From positions 96,001 through 160,000 of the forward strand of contig CAVOVB010000003.1 in assembly GCA_963699755.1 (NCBI GenBank): a DNA stretch of 64,000 nucleotides, written 5' to 3'. The DNA is from an uncultured delta proteobacterium. Its GTDB lineage: Bacteria > Myxococcota_A > Polyangia > Polyangiales > Houyiibacteriaceae. A program made the position numbers and the translations under genes. Below the pieces are notes generated by a model. The model did no database searches. It saw only the letters and a list, made by a program, of their open reading frames with translations, and was not told the DNA's origin. Positions 18,466-27,735 of the stretch are shown here, one piece after another; the stretch's first letter is position 1; each line of letters opens with the position of its first letter.

Positions 18466-19215
18466 CTATTTGCCGTGCTCCCAATCGTCGATCTTCACCT
18501 CGATCGGAGTGCTGTCCGCGATTTCACCCAGGATTCGCCGCAGCGCAGCGAGATTGGAGCCTCCAAGACGGAAGAAGAACAAGCCTTTGTCTGTCGCGTT
18601 TGGGGGCATCGTGCAGACTAGCGTTGTGTCTCTAGTCTCCATCACTTTGCAGTAGCGCTGCGAAGCAACTGGAGGTGTGAACCCGAGACTTGCTAAGGCA
18701 GCATCCAGCTGGCTGGAAACGGTGTCTTCATTTCCGCGAAATTCGCCTTCGCAATAATGAGAGGCAGCGACCACGCTGAAGACGAGCGCCGCCGAATAGG
18801 CGATCTCTTCACGCAGCGTCTCGAACAACGGATCAGCCTCGGTATCGTCCAGCGGTCCCACGAGCACCAAAGCATCATCACGGACAGGTTTGTCGAGGTC
18901 GTAGTACCGCGCCGTCGGCGCAAACTCGTCGTCAGACGCCGCGATCAGAAAGAGCCCCGGGGGCGTCTCGACTTGGCTCTCATGGGCTTCCATCACTTGT
19001 CGCAGGTTGAAGCCGTCGAGCATCGTGTCTAGCGGACCGAGATCGTGACCCATCGTGCGCAGGAACCATAGATAGAAGCCTGGCAGTCGCCCACCTGACA
19101 GTCGGTCTAGTCGCTGAATCTCGTCTTCGCTGGCGCCCACGCACCGACGCGGAAAGCCGGGCACCACGCGACTCAGGAACGCTTGAATTTCGCCCTCTGG
19201 ATCTTGCAATGACAT
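18466..19215 (-). CDS. SMI1/KNR4 (SUKH) family immunity protein
   Basis: GASEDEIQRLDRLSGGRLPGFYLWFLRTMG; directly downstream of the toxin gene. Confidence 0.8.
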   Translation of the reverse strand: MSLQDPEGEIQAFLSRVVPGFPRRCVGASEDEIQRLDRLSGGRLPGFYLWFLRTMGHDLGPLDTMLDGFNLRQVMEAHESQVETPPGLFLIAASDDEFAPTARYYDLDKPVRDDALVLVGPLDDTEADPLFETLREEIAYSAALVFSVVAASHYCEGEFRGNEDTVSSQLDAALASLGFTPPVASQRYCKVMETRDTTLVCTMPPNATDKGLFFFRLGGSNLAALRRILGEIADSTPIEVKIDDWEHGK

Positions 19216-19245
19216 CTCTGTTCTCCGCGCTTACCGATTGAGTCC

Positions 19246-20433
19246 TTAGCATTTTCCACATGTGACCTTCGCGCTCGCTGGCGTATCCTCGCATTCCTTC
19301 TCAAGCTGGTTGCACATCATGGCGGTGAGCATCGCCTGGCAGGTCGCGCAAGGCGGCACAGCCTTCTCTCCTCCGAAGGATTCTAGCTCCGCCTCGGAAA
19401 GGCTTCCGTCCTCGAGCACTCTTCGGACCGCGATGTTTTGCACGACACCTGGACTACACTTGCCCTTGGCGAGCCGCTCCGTCATCGCCTTGGGCCTGCA
19501 TCCGTGGTCGATGGTAAGTAACATGGCCTGTTGTGCCGCGCAGGTGCCTGGGAGGTTCCTCGATTCGCCTGGTTTGCCCTTCTTCTTCCAATCGTCATAG
19601 GCCCTCGTCATCTTGTCATACACGCTGCCTATCCCGGTGGCGAGCCTCTCTGTGGCGAATCGGAGTTTCCTGGCGTCTGAACGGGCCTTTGGCATGCCCT
19701 TCCCCTCGTCGTAGTGGTGATAGTCCTTGAGCTTCGCACGAAGAGCTTTCTGCTGCTTGTTCGATTGAGCGAAGTATATGTCGGAACACGTCTTGCACTC
19801 GACAGCGCCCAGCATGCCATACGCTCTTTTCTCAGCCTCGGTCTCGAGTTTCATCTCGGCGACGGCCGACTGCACGGAGCTGCACGCGCTCTTCGTCGCA
19901 CCGCTCTCCTTGAGCTGCGCGTCTTCCTGGTTCTCCACCCGGTCTTTGTGCGCCTTGTCGCAGATCGGACATTTCTCATCGCCCCACAATGCCACGAGAT
20001 CTGGTCCCTGTATGACGCCCTGAAGCGTAGCCGAGTTCGGCGGGTTCCCACTCGGCCCGCAGTTGTTGAGCATTGGGTCGCTGAGGAGTTGGACGTTCTT
20101 GCCCTCGATCTTCACGTCCAGCGCACCCGGCCCTACGAACTTGGTGGGTCCGTGCGTGTTCGACGACACGATGCCGCCGCCTGTTCCCTTCGAAGCGATG
20201 TCGCCTTGGCTCGCAAACGTCGCCCCCTTGATCGCAACCGGCTTCCCCTGGATCTTCACCTTCTTCGAGTACCCCTTCGGACTGAGGCTGCTTCGGCCGA
20301 TGTTCGGCAGTGGCGTGGGGACGAACGGCGCGGGTGGTCCGGGCATCTTGCAGACGTTCGGAACCGTCGCAGCAGCAATACCGTTGCTTCCTTTCGTCAC
20401 GGGCGTTTTGGGGGGGTTGATCGCGACACTCAT
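19246..20433 (-). CDS. PAAR-like DUF4150 spike protein with C-terminal deaminase-like toxin domain
   Basis: PNVCKMPGPPAPFVPTPLPN..DVKIEGKNVQLLSDPMLNN; C-terminal GTCAAQ...PPCATCQ. Confidence 0.85.
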   Translation of the reverse strand: MSVAINPPKTPVTKGSNGIAAATVPNVCKMPGPPAPFVPTPLPNIGRSSLSPKGYSKKVKIQGKPVAIKGATFASQGDIASKGTGGGIVSSNTHGPTKFVGPGALDVKIEGKNVQLLSDPMLNNCGPSGNPPNSATLQGVIQGPDLVALWGDEKCPICDKAHKDRVENQEDAQLKESGATKSACSSVQSAVAEMKLETEAEKRAYGMLGAVECKTCSDIYFAQSNKQQKALRAKLKDYHHYDEGKGMPKARSDARKLRFATERLATGIGSVYDKMTRAYDDWKKKGKPGESRNLPGTCAAQQAMLLTIDHGCRPKAMTERLAKGKCSPGVVQNIAVRRVLEDGSLSEAELESFGGEKAVPPCATCQAMLTAMMCNQLEKECEDTPASAKVTCGKC

Positions 20434-20446
20434 CTTAAATCACCTT

Positions 20447-21493
20447 TCAACTCACGTTCGCGTCCTGCAAAACCATGGCGCCCCGAAGACCGCTTTCCGA
20501 GCCCGCCATGATGAGGGCGCGCGGACCTGGGGCATAGCCGCGCACAAACGACTGCGCAGCCAACACTGACGCGAGACATGGGAACGCCGCACCGACGTCG
20601 CCCCAGAGGTCGCTTGGCGCTTCGTAGGTGAGGTCCTTCATCGCCGCGTAGGCTCGCATCGCCATGAACCCGAACTCCTCGCTTCGATAGCGCTCACCGT
20701 TGATGTCCGAATATACCGTGTCCGCGCCCTCCTGCGGAAGGCGGAGCCCACTTGCAGCGCGGAGGACGGCTTCCGCCATGCCGACACCAAAAGAGCCGGT
20801 GTCGCTGTCGCGGAGAAGCGTCTCTTGCGCGGTCCCCGCGCCCGAAACGGAGGCCAGGCAGGGAAGGCCGAGGATGTTTCGCAACCTCGCGCTCGTGAGG
20901 GCGAGGCATCCGACGCCTTCGCCGGGAAAGAAGCCGGCGCGTACTCCGGGCTGTGCGAATTGAAGCCTGCTCTCGAGCCACATGAACGTGTCGGTATGGT
21001 TGTAGCTATCGGCGCCGATGACTAGGAAGAGGGTGTCGGGCCTGCGCACGGATTCCTGCACGACTCGCTCGATCGCGGCGATCGCCCCGGCGTGCCCTCG
21101 GCCCGCGACGTCGACCGTGGCCTGGATGCCCACGGTTCCTAGGTGTTTCCGGATGCCGTCTGCAAGCCAGGCAGCGTCGCCGTCCGAAAACCCAGGCCGC
21201 GCCTCCGGCAGGGCAACAAAGACTTGGTATCCGCCGCGGGGAGTCTTGTCCCCCAGCTTCGCGAGAACTTCGTCGATCACGCTCTTGACCATCGGCAACA
21301 GCCGTTCCCGCCCCTCGAGTGCGAATCGAAGCTTCGGATCGGCCGCGAGCACCAGCAGCTCGCCCGTCACAGACACGAAAGGGTATTCGCGAAGGCGGGA
21401 GACTCCCGCGCGCACAGCAGCGGCGCTATGCTCGGCCGTGAGCCCGAGCGGCGTCCGTGCCCCCGTGGCGACGACGTCCGCCAACGCAGTCAC
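20447..21493 (-). CDS. Thiolase/3-oxoacyl-ACP-synthase-like T6SS accessory protein (PRK06147-type)
   Basis: GARTPLGL..AAVRAG, GADSY, GFFPGEG, SDINGERYR and WGDVGAA; lies between DUF2169 and DUF4150. Confidence 0.85.
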   Translation of the reverse strand: MTALADVVATGARTPLGLTAEHSAAAVRAGVSRLREYPFVSVTGELLVLAADPKLRFALEGRERLLPMVKSVIDEVLAKLGDKTPRGGYQVFVALPEARPGFSDGDAAWLADGIRKHLGTVGIQATVDVAGRGHAGAIAAIERVVQESVRRPDTLFLVIGADSYNHTDTFMWLESRLQFAQPGVRAGFFPGEGVGCLALTSARLRNILGLPCLASVSGAGTAQETLLRDSDTGSFGVGMAEAVLRAASGLRLPQEGADTVYSDINGERYRSEEFGFMAMRAYAAMKDLTYEAPSDLWGDVGAAFPCLASVLAAQSFVRGYAPGPRALIMAGSESGLRGAMVLQDANVS

Positions 21494-21521
21494 ACCCGCC
21501 TCCGGTGGTCAGGTCCCATGC

Positions 21522-22526
21522 TCACGCCGCCACCTCCTCGATTCTGGTGATATCGAGATAGTCGGCCTCCGGCGCTTTCACCGGCAGCGAGGCCTGCCAA
21601 GTCATCATCAGTTGCTTCTCTTCCGCGTCGATGGTCGCGCTCACCAACTTCCCTTGATGCGACTCGCGCCGTGTCGTGAAGTAGGTCGTGAACCTGAAGT
21701 CCAAGGTCGGGAGCGCGAAGCTCAGCAGGCCCTCGGGTGTCATGTTGAGCAACGCGACTTTTTCGCCTCCGCGCAGGTGCTGCGGCAGGCGCTGATCGGC
21801 CGGTGCGCACAAGACGAACCGCTCGTCGTAGTCGGCGGGCAAGAGCGGCTTCCGCGTATCGACCCACTTCGCATCGTAGGTTCCCGCGAGCTCGAGGCGC
21901 GGCGACCAGTAGCTTGCAATGGCGCCGAAGCCAGCGGGCCCGGTCTTCGCTGGGTTGCCGTTCGGATATTCGACGCAATGCGCCGGGGTGTTGAGCAGCC
22001 GCCCGCTGCGTTTCGCGACACCTTTGCCGACGGGGTTTCTCATGTCGATCAGCTGGTTCCGAAGATCCGGGTCCTCCGTGTCGGTACCCCCGTAGGCCCA
22101 TTCGTAGGTGATCGGCTTGCTGGTAAACGGGACGGCCTTGCTCGTGCCAAGGCCGCTGATTCCGCTTGTGTAGACACGCGTGCCGTGGACCACCAGGGAC
22201 TTGGTCAGAGTGCCGATGCGCAGTGCTACGTCTACGCGATGTGCAGGCTTGCCTTTGGGTGCGTGAGCGTGTGCGTTGACGATGACGTCGGTTCCGGGCT
22301 TTTTCGCCACGAGGTCCGCCTCGTAGCGCACGCTGGAGAGACCCGGCTCGCCCCAGTACTCCGGCGCGTGTAGCGGTTCGGGTTGCTCGTCAGCGAGGGT
22401 GAGCTTGCCGTCATTCGCGATGTCGAAGGTGGCCTTGACCACGACGATCCAGTGGTGGGCGCCGTCCCTGTCGCGTACCCAGGTCCGCCCGGCGGAATAC
22501 GGGGTGTTGTTCTCTACTGCCCACAT
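21522..22526 (-). CDS. DUF2169 T6SS adaptor/chaperone
   Basis: WIVVVKATF, KPGTDVIVNAHAHAP, NPVGKG, GTYDAKW, APADQ and LRGGE. Confidence 0.9.
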   Translation of the reverse strand: MWAVENNTPYSAGRTWVRDRDGAHHWIVVVKATFDIANDGKLTLADEQPEPLHAPEYWGEPGLSSVRYEADLVAKKPGTDVIVNAHAHAPKGKPAHRVDVALRIGTLTKSLVVHGTRVYTSGISGLGTSKAVPFTSKPITYEWAYGGTDTEDPDLRNQLIDMRNPVGKGVAKRSGRLLNTPAHCVEYPNGNPAKTGPAGFGAIASYWSPRLELAGTYDAKWVDTRKPLLPADYDERFVLCAPADQRLPQHLRGGEKVALLNMTPEGLLSFALPTLDFRFTTYFTTRRESHQGKLVSATIDAEEKQLMMTWQASLPVKAPEADYLDITRIEEVAA

Positions 22527-22536
22527 AACGACGCCC

Positions 22537-23901
22537 CTACCATTGGCTGAACTTTCTAATGAAGCTTCCCGAGCTCAGCGATGCAACCCCGGCGATCTGT
22601 TCTCGTTGCCGCGCCGTAAACGCTCGGGTGTCGACGTAGGCCGCCCCGCCCGTTCGAATCGCAAGGCTCAGCGCGACCATGTGTCGATCACGAAGCGCGC
22701 CGCAGTCGAGATACTCGGCCACCGCGGCCCCCGACCAGGGTTGCCCGGCCAGATGCCGCTTGGTCTCATCGAGGCGGGGGCGCTCGCTTTTCCACCATTG
22801 CCGAATCGCCTCGGCGTTCGGCGTCGGCAAGGCATCCTCCGGCTTCAACGTCAAGTCGTCTTCGAGGTCTTCATCGAGTGGTGGCAGCTCTTCCTCTTCA
22901 GTTTCCTCCTCGCTTTCCTCTTCGACGATGAAGGCGTCGTCTCTCAGGTCGAGCCCAGCGATCAGCGACACCGCTTCCGCCGCGAGCTTCGCTTCGACCT
23001 CGTCCACGCCCTCCTGAAGATACGGCAGCAGCCGATCGACTAGGCCCGGGTTTCCCGAGAACCCAAGTGCGCGCAAGGCAGGGGCCCGGTGCGAATCGAG
23101 GGGCAGGGCTTCGACGAGTCGATCGTGTTGTGGAGGGCCGCCAAGCGCCGCGTACAGCTCCATCGCCGTCGGGTTGGGCGCCGAAGGGTCGAGCGCGAGG
23201 CGCTCGCAGAGATTCCACGCCTCGGCCGAGCCGTAGTGCAGGGCGGTGACCAATGCGACGTCGCGCACCTCGGGCTCGGCTTGCAGGAGCAACCATTGAA
23301 TCCCCCCCAGGTGGGTTGCTCGGTCGGAACGCCGGGCCGCCCGAGCAGCGGCACAGGCCTCCATAGGGTCTTCGCTATTCAACGATGCGACCAGCGAGTC
23401 GACCTGGAGCCCGCGTACGGCGATGGCCTCGAGAATCGCTACTCGCTCCGCGCTCGTGCTGGCGGCAGCGAGCAGATCCATGAGCCAGGCGTCGACCTTC
23501 GGCGCGCTCGAAAGCCCGCAGGCACGGCTGGCCGCGTCGCGAACCGCGACCGAAGGATGGGAAAAGTAGGGCACGACCAGGTCTCGCCGCTCCGAGGCGA
23601 GCAGCGCCAAGACCACGGCAATCGTACGTGCAGGCTCCTCCGAATCCGCGCGGTCGAGCTCGGCAGCAAGCATCTGAGCAATCACGGTAGGTCCGCCCAC
23701 CACCAAACCATCCACGCAAGCAAGAAGCTTCTGCTCAGGGCCGCTGGCGAGCTCTTCGAGATTGTACTCCGGGTCTTCGAGCGCCGACTCGAACGCCTCG
23801 GCGGCAAACTCCGCTTCGTCGACGTACTCCTCCATGACGTCCCAGAGGATGCGTTCGGCCTCCGGATGGAGCTCTTCGACGATGCCTCCCGTGGCTTCCA
23901 T
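22537..23901 (-). CDS. TIGR02270-type HEAT-repeat protein
   Basis: ILWDVMEEYVDEAEF, EQKLLACVDGL, ALGFSG, AAEAVSLIAG and LPTPNAEAIRQWW. Confidence 0.8.
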   Translation of the reverse strand: MEATGGIVEELHPEAERILWDVMEEYVDEAEFAAEAFESALEDPEYNLEELASGPEQKLLACVDGLVVGGPTVIAQMLAAELDRADSEEPARTIAVVLALLASERRDLVVPYFSHPSVAVRDAASRACGLSSAPKVDAWLMDLLAAASTSAERVAILEAIAVRGLQVDSLVASLNSEDPMEACAAARAARRSDRATHLGGIQWLLLQAEPEVRDVALVTALHYGSAEAWNLCERLALDPSAPNPTAMELYAALGGPPQHDRLVEALPLDSHRAPALRALGFSGNPGLVDRLLPYLQEGVDEVEAKLAAEAVSLIAGLDLRDDAFIVEEESEEETEEEELPPLDEDLEDDLTLKPEDALPTPNAEAIRQWWKSERPRLDETKRHLAGQPWSGAAVAEYLDCGALRDRHMVALSLAIRTGGAAYVDTRAFTARQREQIAGVASLSSGSFIRKFSQW

Positions 23902-24410
23902 TAGTTGATCCGAACCACGCCGCCCTTGATGCGATTGACCCCCTTGGAGCGTGTTTCCACGTGGGTACCCCTCACCACGATGCGGCCGTTGCGCCGCAAA
24001 GTGATGCTGGCTTCGCCGCAGCGAAGGACGATTTCATCTTTGGCGTCAAAGACGACGCTTCGCCCATCGACCACGGCCTCGAGCTTACCTTCAGATCGCT
24101 CCTGTTCGACTTCCAAAGCGCCGTGGCGTTCTTGAAGCAGACCTACGATGATCGGCCGGTCGGAGCGCTCGGCTTCGAAGACGAGCAGTACTTCCTGACC
24201 CCGGTCGACCGCGGCCGCGGTGGCGCTGGCGTCGAGCGCCACGGTCGTCCGCGCGGCGATTGGCCCGTGCGGGTTCGACGCGTGATCGACGATCGGACCT
24301 TCGCGCTCGCTCCAGCCCACCAGCCTTCCAACCCGGTTTCCGGTCAGCTTCACCGGGCGCGAGAAATCAATCTCGAGCAGTTCAAGACCCTTTTTTACCG
24401 CCTTAGTCAT
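23901..24410 (-). CDS. DUF6484-like protein (VgrG C-terminal/gp5-like beta-strand repeats)
   Basis: VLLVFE..DRPIIVGLL; EIVLRCGEASITLRRNGRIVVRG..NRIKGGVVRIN. Confidence 0.8.
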   Translation of the reverse strand: MTKAVKKGLELLEIDFSRPVKLTGNRVGRLVGWSEREGPIVDHASNPHGPIAARTTVALDASATAAAVDRGQEVLLVFEAERSDRPIIVGLLQERHGALEVEQERSEGKLEAVVDGRSVVFDAKDEIVLRCGEASITLRRNGRIVVRGTHVETRSKGVNRIKGGVVRIN

Positions 24411-24438
24411 CGTTTCCTCGTCTCACGTTGTCGCTCGT

Positions 24439-24642
24439 TTACACGAAGTGGATCACCACGTCCCAGACCTTGGGCCCCAACCAGAAACCCGCGATCGTCA
24501 TTCCGCCCGCGAGCGCCCAGATCACGGAGTCGCTCAGACCCCAGGCGTTGAACCAGTGCGCCGCAAAGTAGGTCCCCACGCCGCCGATCAGGGCGCCCAG
24601 GATGCGGACGATTGGACTCGTATTCTTGTCCTCTGAGCTCAT
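24439..24642 (-). CDS. Small two-TM membrane protein
   Basis: 67 aa with two hydrophobic segments; co-oriented and tightly packed after vgrG. Confidence 0.6.
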   Translation of the reverse strand: MSSEDKNTSPIVRILGALIGGVGTYFAAHWFNAWGLSDSVIWALAGGMTIAGFWLGPKVWDVVIHFV

Positions 24643-24654
24643 TTTATCTCGCCG

Positions 24655-26874
24655 TCAGTTGTTGCCGATCTTGCTGCCCTTGATCACCACGTCACCCGAG
24701 CCCTTGATGTTGATCTTTTTGCCCTTGATCGTGATATCGCCGTTCTTTTTCATCGTGATCTGAGCCTCACCGACCTTGATCATCAGCTCCTCTTTCACCT
24801 CGAACACGGCCTTCTTCTCGACGTTCATCGCCAGCTCTTCTCCGGCCTTGATGTTCATGTCTTTCCCAGAGCTGATGTCCATGTTCTCGTCTGCGATCGA
24901 TTCGATGTTCTTTTGAGCCTTGATCGTGATGTTCTTGGCTGACTGCAGCTTGGCGCTGAGCCCCGCCGTCGCGCTCCAGGCCCCGACGGCCACGCAGCTT
25001 CTCGAAGCGCCGACCTTCTCGCTCATCAGGCCACCGACGGTAATGGCGTTCATTCCGCCGACAATCTGATCGAATTTTTGGCCGACGTTGAGCTTCTTGT
25101 TCTGGCCGACCGTTACGCTCATGTCGCTGCCGATGGTTTGGTCAAAGTTGACGGCAACCGTAGTTTCCTTGTTGTTGCTGACTGTCTCGCTCTTGTCGTG
25201 TCCGACCTCGATCTTCTGATCGTTACCGACGCTTCGGGTTTCGTCGTTACCGACGGTCAAGACCTTGTCGTTGCCGATTTCCGATCCCTGATCGTTCTTC
25301 ACTGTCTCCCGGAGGTTCTTCTGCGCCTGCAAGAACACCTCTTCTTGTCCTGCCTTGTCTTCAAACGTCAGCTCGTTGTATCCGCCGCCGCCCGGACTGC
25401 TCTGCGTGCGGATGGTGCTCTTCGTCATCGCGCCCGGCATCTCGTACGAAGTAAGGTTCTCCCCGTTGTACACGGTGCCGGTGACGATGGGTCGGTCGGG
25501 GTCGCCCTGCACGAAGGCGACGGTGACCTCCATCCCGATACGCGGAATGAACACGAAGCCCCAGCCGGCACCGGCCCAGGGCTGGACGACGCGCATGAAG
25601 CACGAGCTATGGTCGTCCTTGTTCCCCTGGCGATCCCAGTGAAACTGGGCTTTGATCCGCCCGTGCTTGTCGGTGTGAATCTCCTGGCCGCTCGGTCCCA
25701 CCACCGTGGCGGTTTCGATGCCGGTCACGTGGGGACGAGGGGTCCGGCGTTCAGGTCGAAAAGGCGTCTCGGCTGGGATGCACAAGAAGCTGTTGCTGTA
25801 GGCGTCGGCGCCCTCGCCGGGCGAAAGGGAGTGACTCACCCGAGTAATGAGGTAATCGCCCTCCAGGTCGTGGTCGACTAGGCCAAATAATCCGCCCGCG
25901 GTGAACCCGATGGCTGTGCCGCCTCCATGCATGACGAGATTGTCGCGCGCAGATGCCTCGCGCCGAATCTGGCATTGCTCCGGCGCGTCGTTGGACTGAT
26001 AACCGTCGTTGTCCGAGTAGTCGCAGAGAGTCGGAGGCGTGAGGTCGTGTTGGTAGATCTCGCGGCAAGGCCCAATCGCTGCGCCGTCCACGACATCTCC
26101 TCCGGTCTCGCCTTCCTTCTCTGCCTCGATCGGTTGAGATGGAAGGGTCCAGTTGAAGTGGCGCATCGCCACCTTGGTGGGACGAACCGAGAACTGTCGA
26201 ACGAAACGATGCACACCCTCGCGAGCGCCCCTTTGCGACGAGAACCGCACGTCCTTGCCATCAACGGACTGGATCTCGACGCTGCTCTTGGGGTCATCGG
26301 TCAGAAACATCGTCTCTGCAGAGCCTTCGCGGTCGAAACGATAGATGATGCCTTCCTCTTCCATCAGTCGCTCGCAGAAGGTGAAGTCGCTTTCGTCGTA
26401 CTGGACCCTGTACTCGCACTTCGGGTAGCTGCGCCCAAGGTCAGTATCGTGGCTGCGCTCGTACGCAGACAGTCCGGCCGACAGCACCTCGTCGAGGATC
26501 TCGGGCACCGTCATATCTTGAAAGATTCGGGTCTGCCGGTTCTGCGAGAGCATCCAAAAGGCCGCCGCCGCTTCGATCGAGATGCTCATGAACCGGTTGG
26601 TCGCCGCGACATCCTCGATCCAGTGCACAATTCCGGGGTACGGGCTGCTCAGGTCGCCGCGTTCAATGGTCACGGTGCACGGTTCACCAAGCATTTCAGT
26701 TGGGTCCGCGTCGACATCGTCGGTCTGCAGAGACAACGAGAGACGGTAGGGATCGTTGAGCGTTTCGATGATGGTCGCGTCGACCACCTTCCACTCGGCG
26801 CTCGACGCATCGCATTCGAATTTACAGAGTATGTCTCCGGTATCCTGTGCAGATTCTTCGGCGGGGCTCATCAT
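24655..26874 (-). CDS. tssI: T6SS spike protein VgrG
   Basis: RIFQDMTVPEI, YRVQYDESDFTFCERLMEEEGI, QFHWDR, IPRIGMEV, GDPDRP and gp5 C-terminal repeats; no evolved toxin domain. Confidence 0.97.
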   Translation of the reverse strand: MMSPAEESAQDTGDILCKFECDASSAEWKVVDATIIETLNDPYRLSLSLQTDDVDADPTEMLGEPCTVTIERGDLSSPYPGIVHWIEDVAATNRFMSISIEAAAAFWMLSQNRQTRIFQDMTVPEILDEVLSAGLSAYERSHDTDLGRSYPKCEYRVQYDESDFTFCERLMEEEGIIYRFDREGSAETMFLTDDPKSSVEIQSVDGKDVRFSSQRGAREGVHRFVRQFSVRPTKVAMRHFNWTLPSQPIEAEKEGETGGDVVDGAAIGPCREIYQHDLTPPTLCDYSDNDGYQSNDAPEQCQIRREASARDNLVMHGGGTAIGFTAGGLFGLVDHDLEGDYLITRVSHSLSPGEGADAYSNSFLCIPAETPFRPERRTPRPHVTGIETATVVGPSGQEIHTDKHGRIKAQFHWDRQGNKDDHSSCFMRVVQPWAGAGWGFVFIPRIGMEVTVAFVQGDPDRPIVTGTVYNGENLTSYEMPGAMTKSTIRTQSSPGGGGYNELTFEDKAGQEEVFLQAQKNLRETVKNDQGSEIGNDKVLTVGNDETRSVGNDQKIEVGHDKSETVSNNKETTVAVNFDQTIGSDMSVTVGQNKKLNVGQKFDQIVGGMNAITVGGLMSEKVGASRSCVAVGAWSATAGLSAKLQSAKNITIKAQKNIESIADENMDISSGKDMNIKAGEELAMNVEKKAVFEVKEELMIKVGEAQITMKKNGDITIKGKKINIKGSGDVVIKGSKIGNN

Positions 26875-26961
26875 GCTCTCCTATTCTGCGCGACTATAGA
26901 CTCAACACGACGTCAGCTGGCAGGGCTAGTTCGATGCGACCCTGCGTTGCGCGGGCTTTGA

Positions 26962-26997
26962 GCGGAGGCGCCGGAGCCAGTGACTCGGCGCCTCCGC
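26962..26997. terminator. GC-rich hairpin downstream of hcp (attenuator or mRNA stabiliser)
   Basis: 12-bp perfect stem GCGGAGGCGCCG / CGGCGCCTCCGC with 12-nt loop; no U-tract on the minus strand. Confidence 0.5.
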
Positions 26998-27035
26998 CAG
27001 GGCTCCCACGGGGGTCGTCGCCCTTGATGCCTGCC

Positions 27036-27527
27036 CTATCCCTGGTCGCGCCAGTTGTCCTGGTGCGAAGCGCCCGTGGATTCATAGGTTTGGATCATGT
27101 TGTTGTAGACGAAGCTGATCGTCTCCGTCGGCGGCTCTGCCTGGCCTGCGCCGCCCATCGCGTCGGGAGAGCTGAAATCTATCCCAGAGACCCGGGCTTC
27201 GCTGATCTCGACCGTGTAGAATTCCTCTGTAGTGCCGTCGCCCGCCGGCGATGGTCGGAAGAACTTGAAGGTGCCTTCGATTTGCTCGTTATTGCAAAGC
27301 GCCTTCCACAGAAGGGGTGTCGCTTTGTCGACGCGCTTGACGATTCGAATCGGCTCGTAGTTGCGCTTACCCGAGGGCCTTCCCGAGAACGCTTCCGACG
27401 CGGACTGAACACCGCAGTCGAAGCTGAAGCATTCGATCGTGTCCTCGCGACCGAGCGTTGTGACCGAGCTTTCGCCTTGAATATCCTCGCCGTTGGCCTT
27501 GAGGGTGAGATGAACTGTCATTGCCAT
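27036..27527 (-). CDS. tssD: T6SS tube protein Hcp
   Basis: IQGES..GREDTIEC, KRVDKATPLLWKAL and ETISFVY; GGAGG RBS. Confidence 0.97.
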   Translation of the reverse strand: MAMTVHLTLKANGEDIQGESSVTTLGREDTIECFSFDCGVQSASEAFSGRPSGKRNYEPIRIVKRVDKATPLLWKALCNNEQIEGTFKFFRPSPAGDGTTEEFYTVEISEARVSGIDFSSPDAMGGAGQAEPPTETISFVYNNMIQTYESTGASHQDNWRDQG

Positions 27528-27598
27528 GAGAACTTCCTCCGTTTGTTTGCTTTGTGGCGCCCCGGGTGCCTAAGGCGGCCGGGCTGACTACTTAGCGA

Positions 27599-27614
27599 TG
27601 CACGGCTCGTGCCA
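27599..27614 (-). promoter_or_regulatory. sigma-54 -24/-12 promoter of the hcp-vgrG operon
   Basis: Minus strand TGGCACGAGCCGTGCA. Confidence 0.78.
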
Positions 27615-27664
27615 ACGGAAAAGCGCAACGATCTCATGCACGGCGCTGCTGGGCCCACTTTGCC

Positions 27665-27682
27665 TGACGTCGTTCGTCGTCA
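27665..27682. promoter_or_regulatory. Candidate enhancer (bEBP binding site)
   Basis: TGACGTC-GTTC-GTCGTCA, one mismatch, 51 bp upstream of the promoter at 27614. Confidence 0.65.
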
Positions 27683-27735
27683 GGCCCAAGTCTCGAATGC
27701 GGGCGGTTGTCACGCCAGGTCGGAGCTACTACCGA

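Noticed and set aside
20447..21493. Fatty-acid or polyketide biosynthesis gene
   Set aside because: No ACP or PKS neighbours; its position between DUF2169 and DUF4150 matches the known T6SS accessory family
24655..26874. Evolved VgrG carrying a toxin
   Set aside because: The C-terminus consists only of gp5-like repeats
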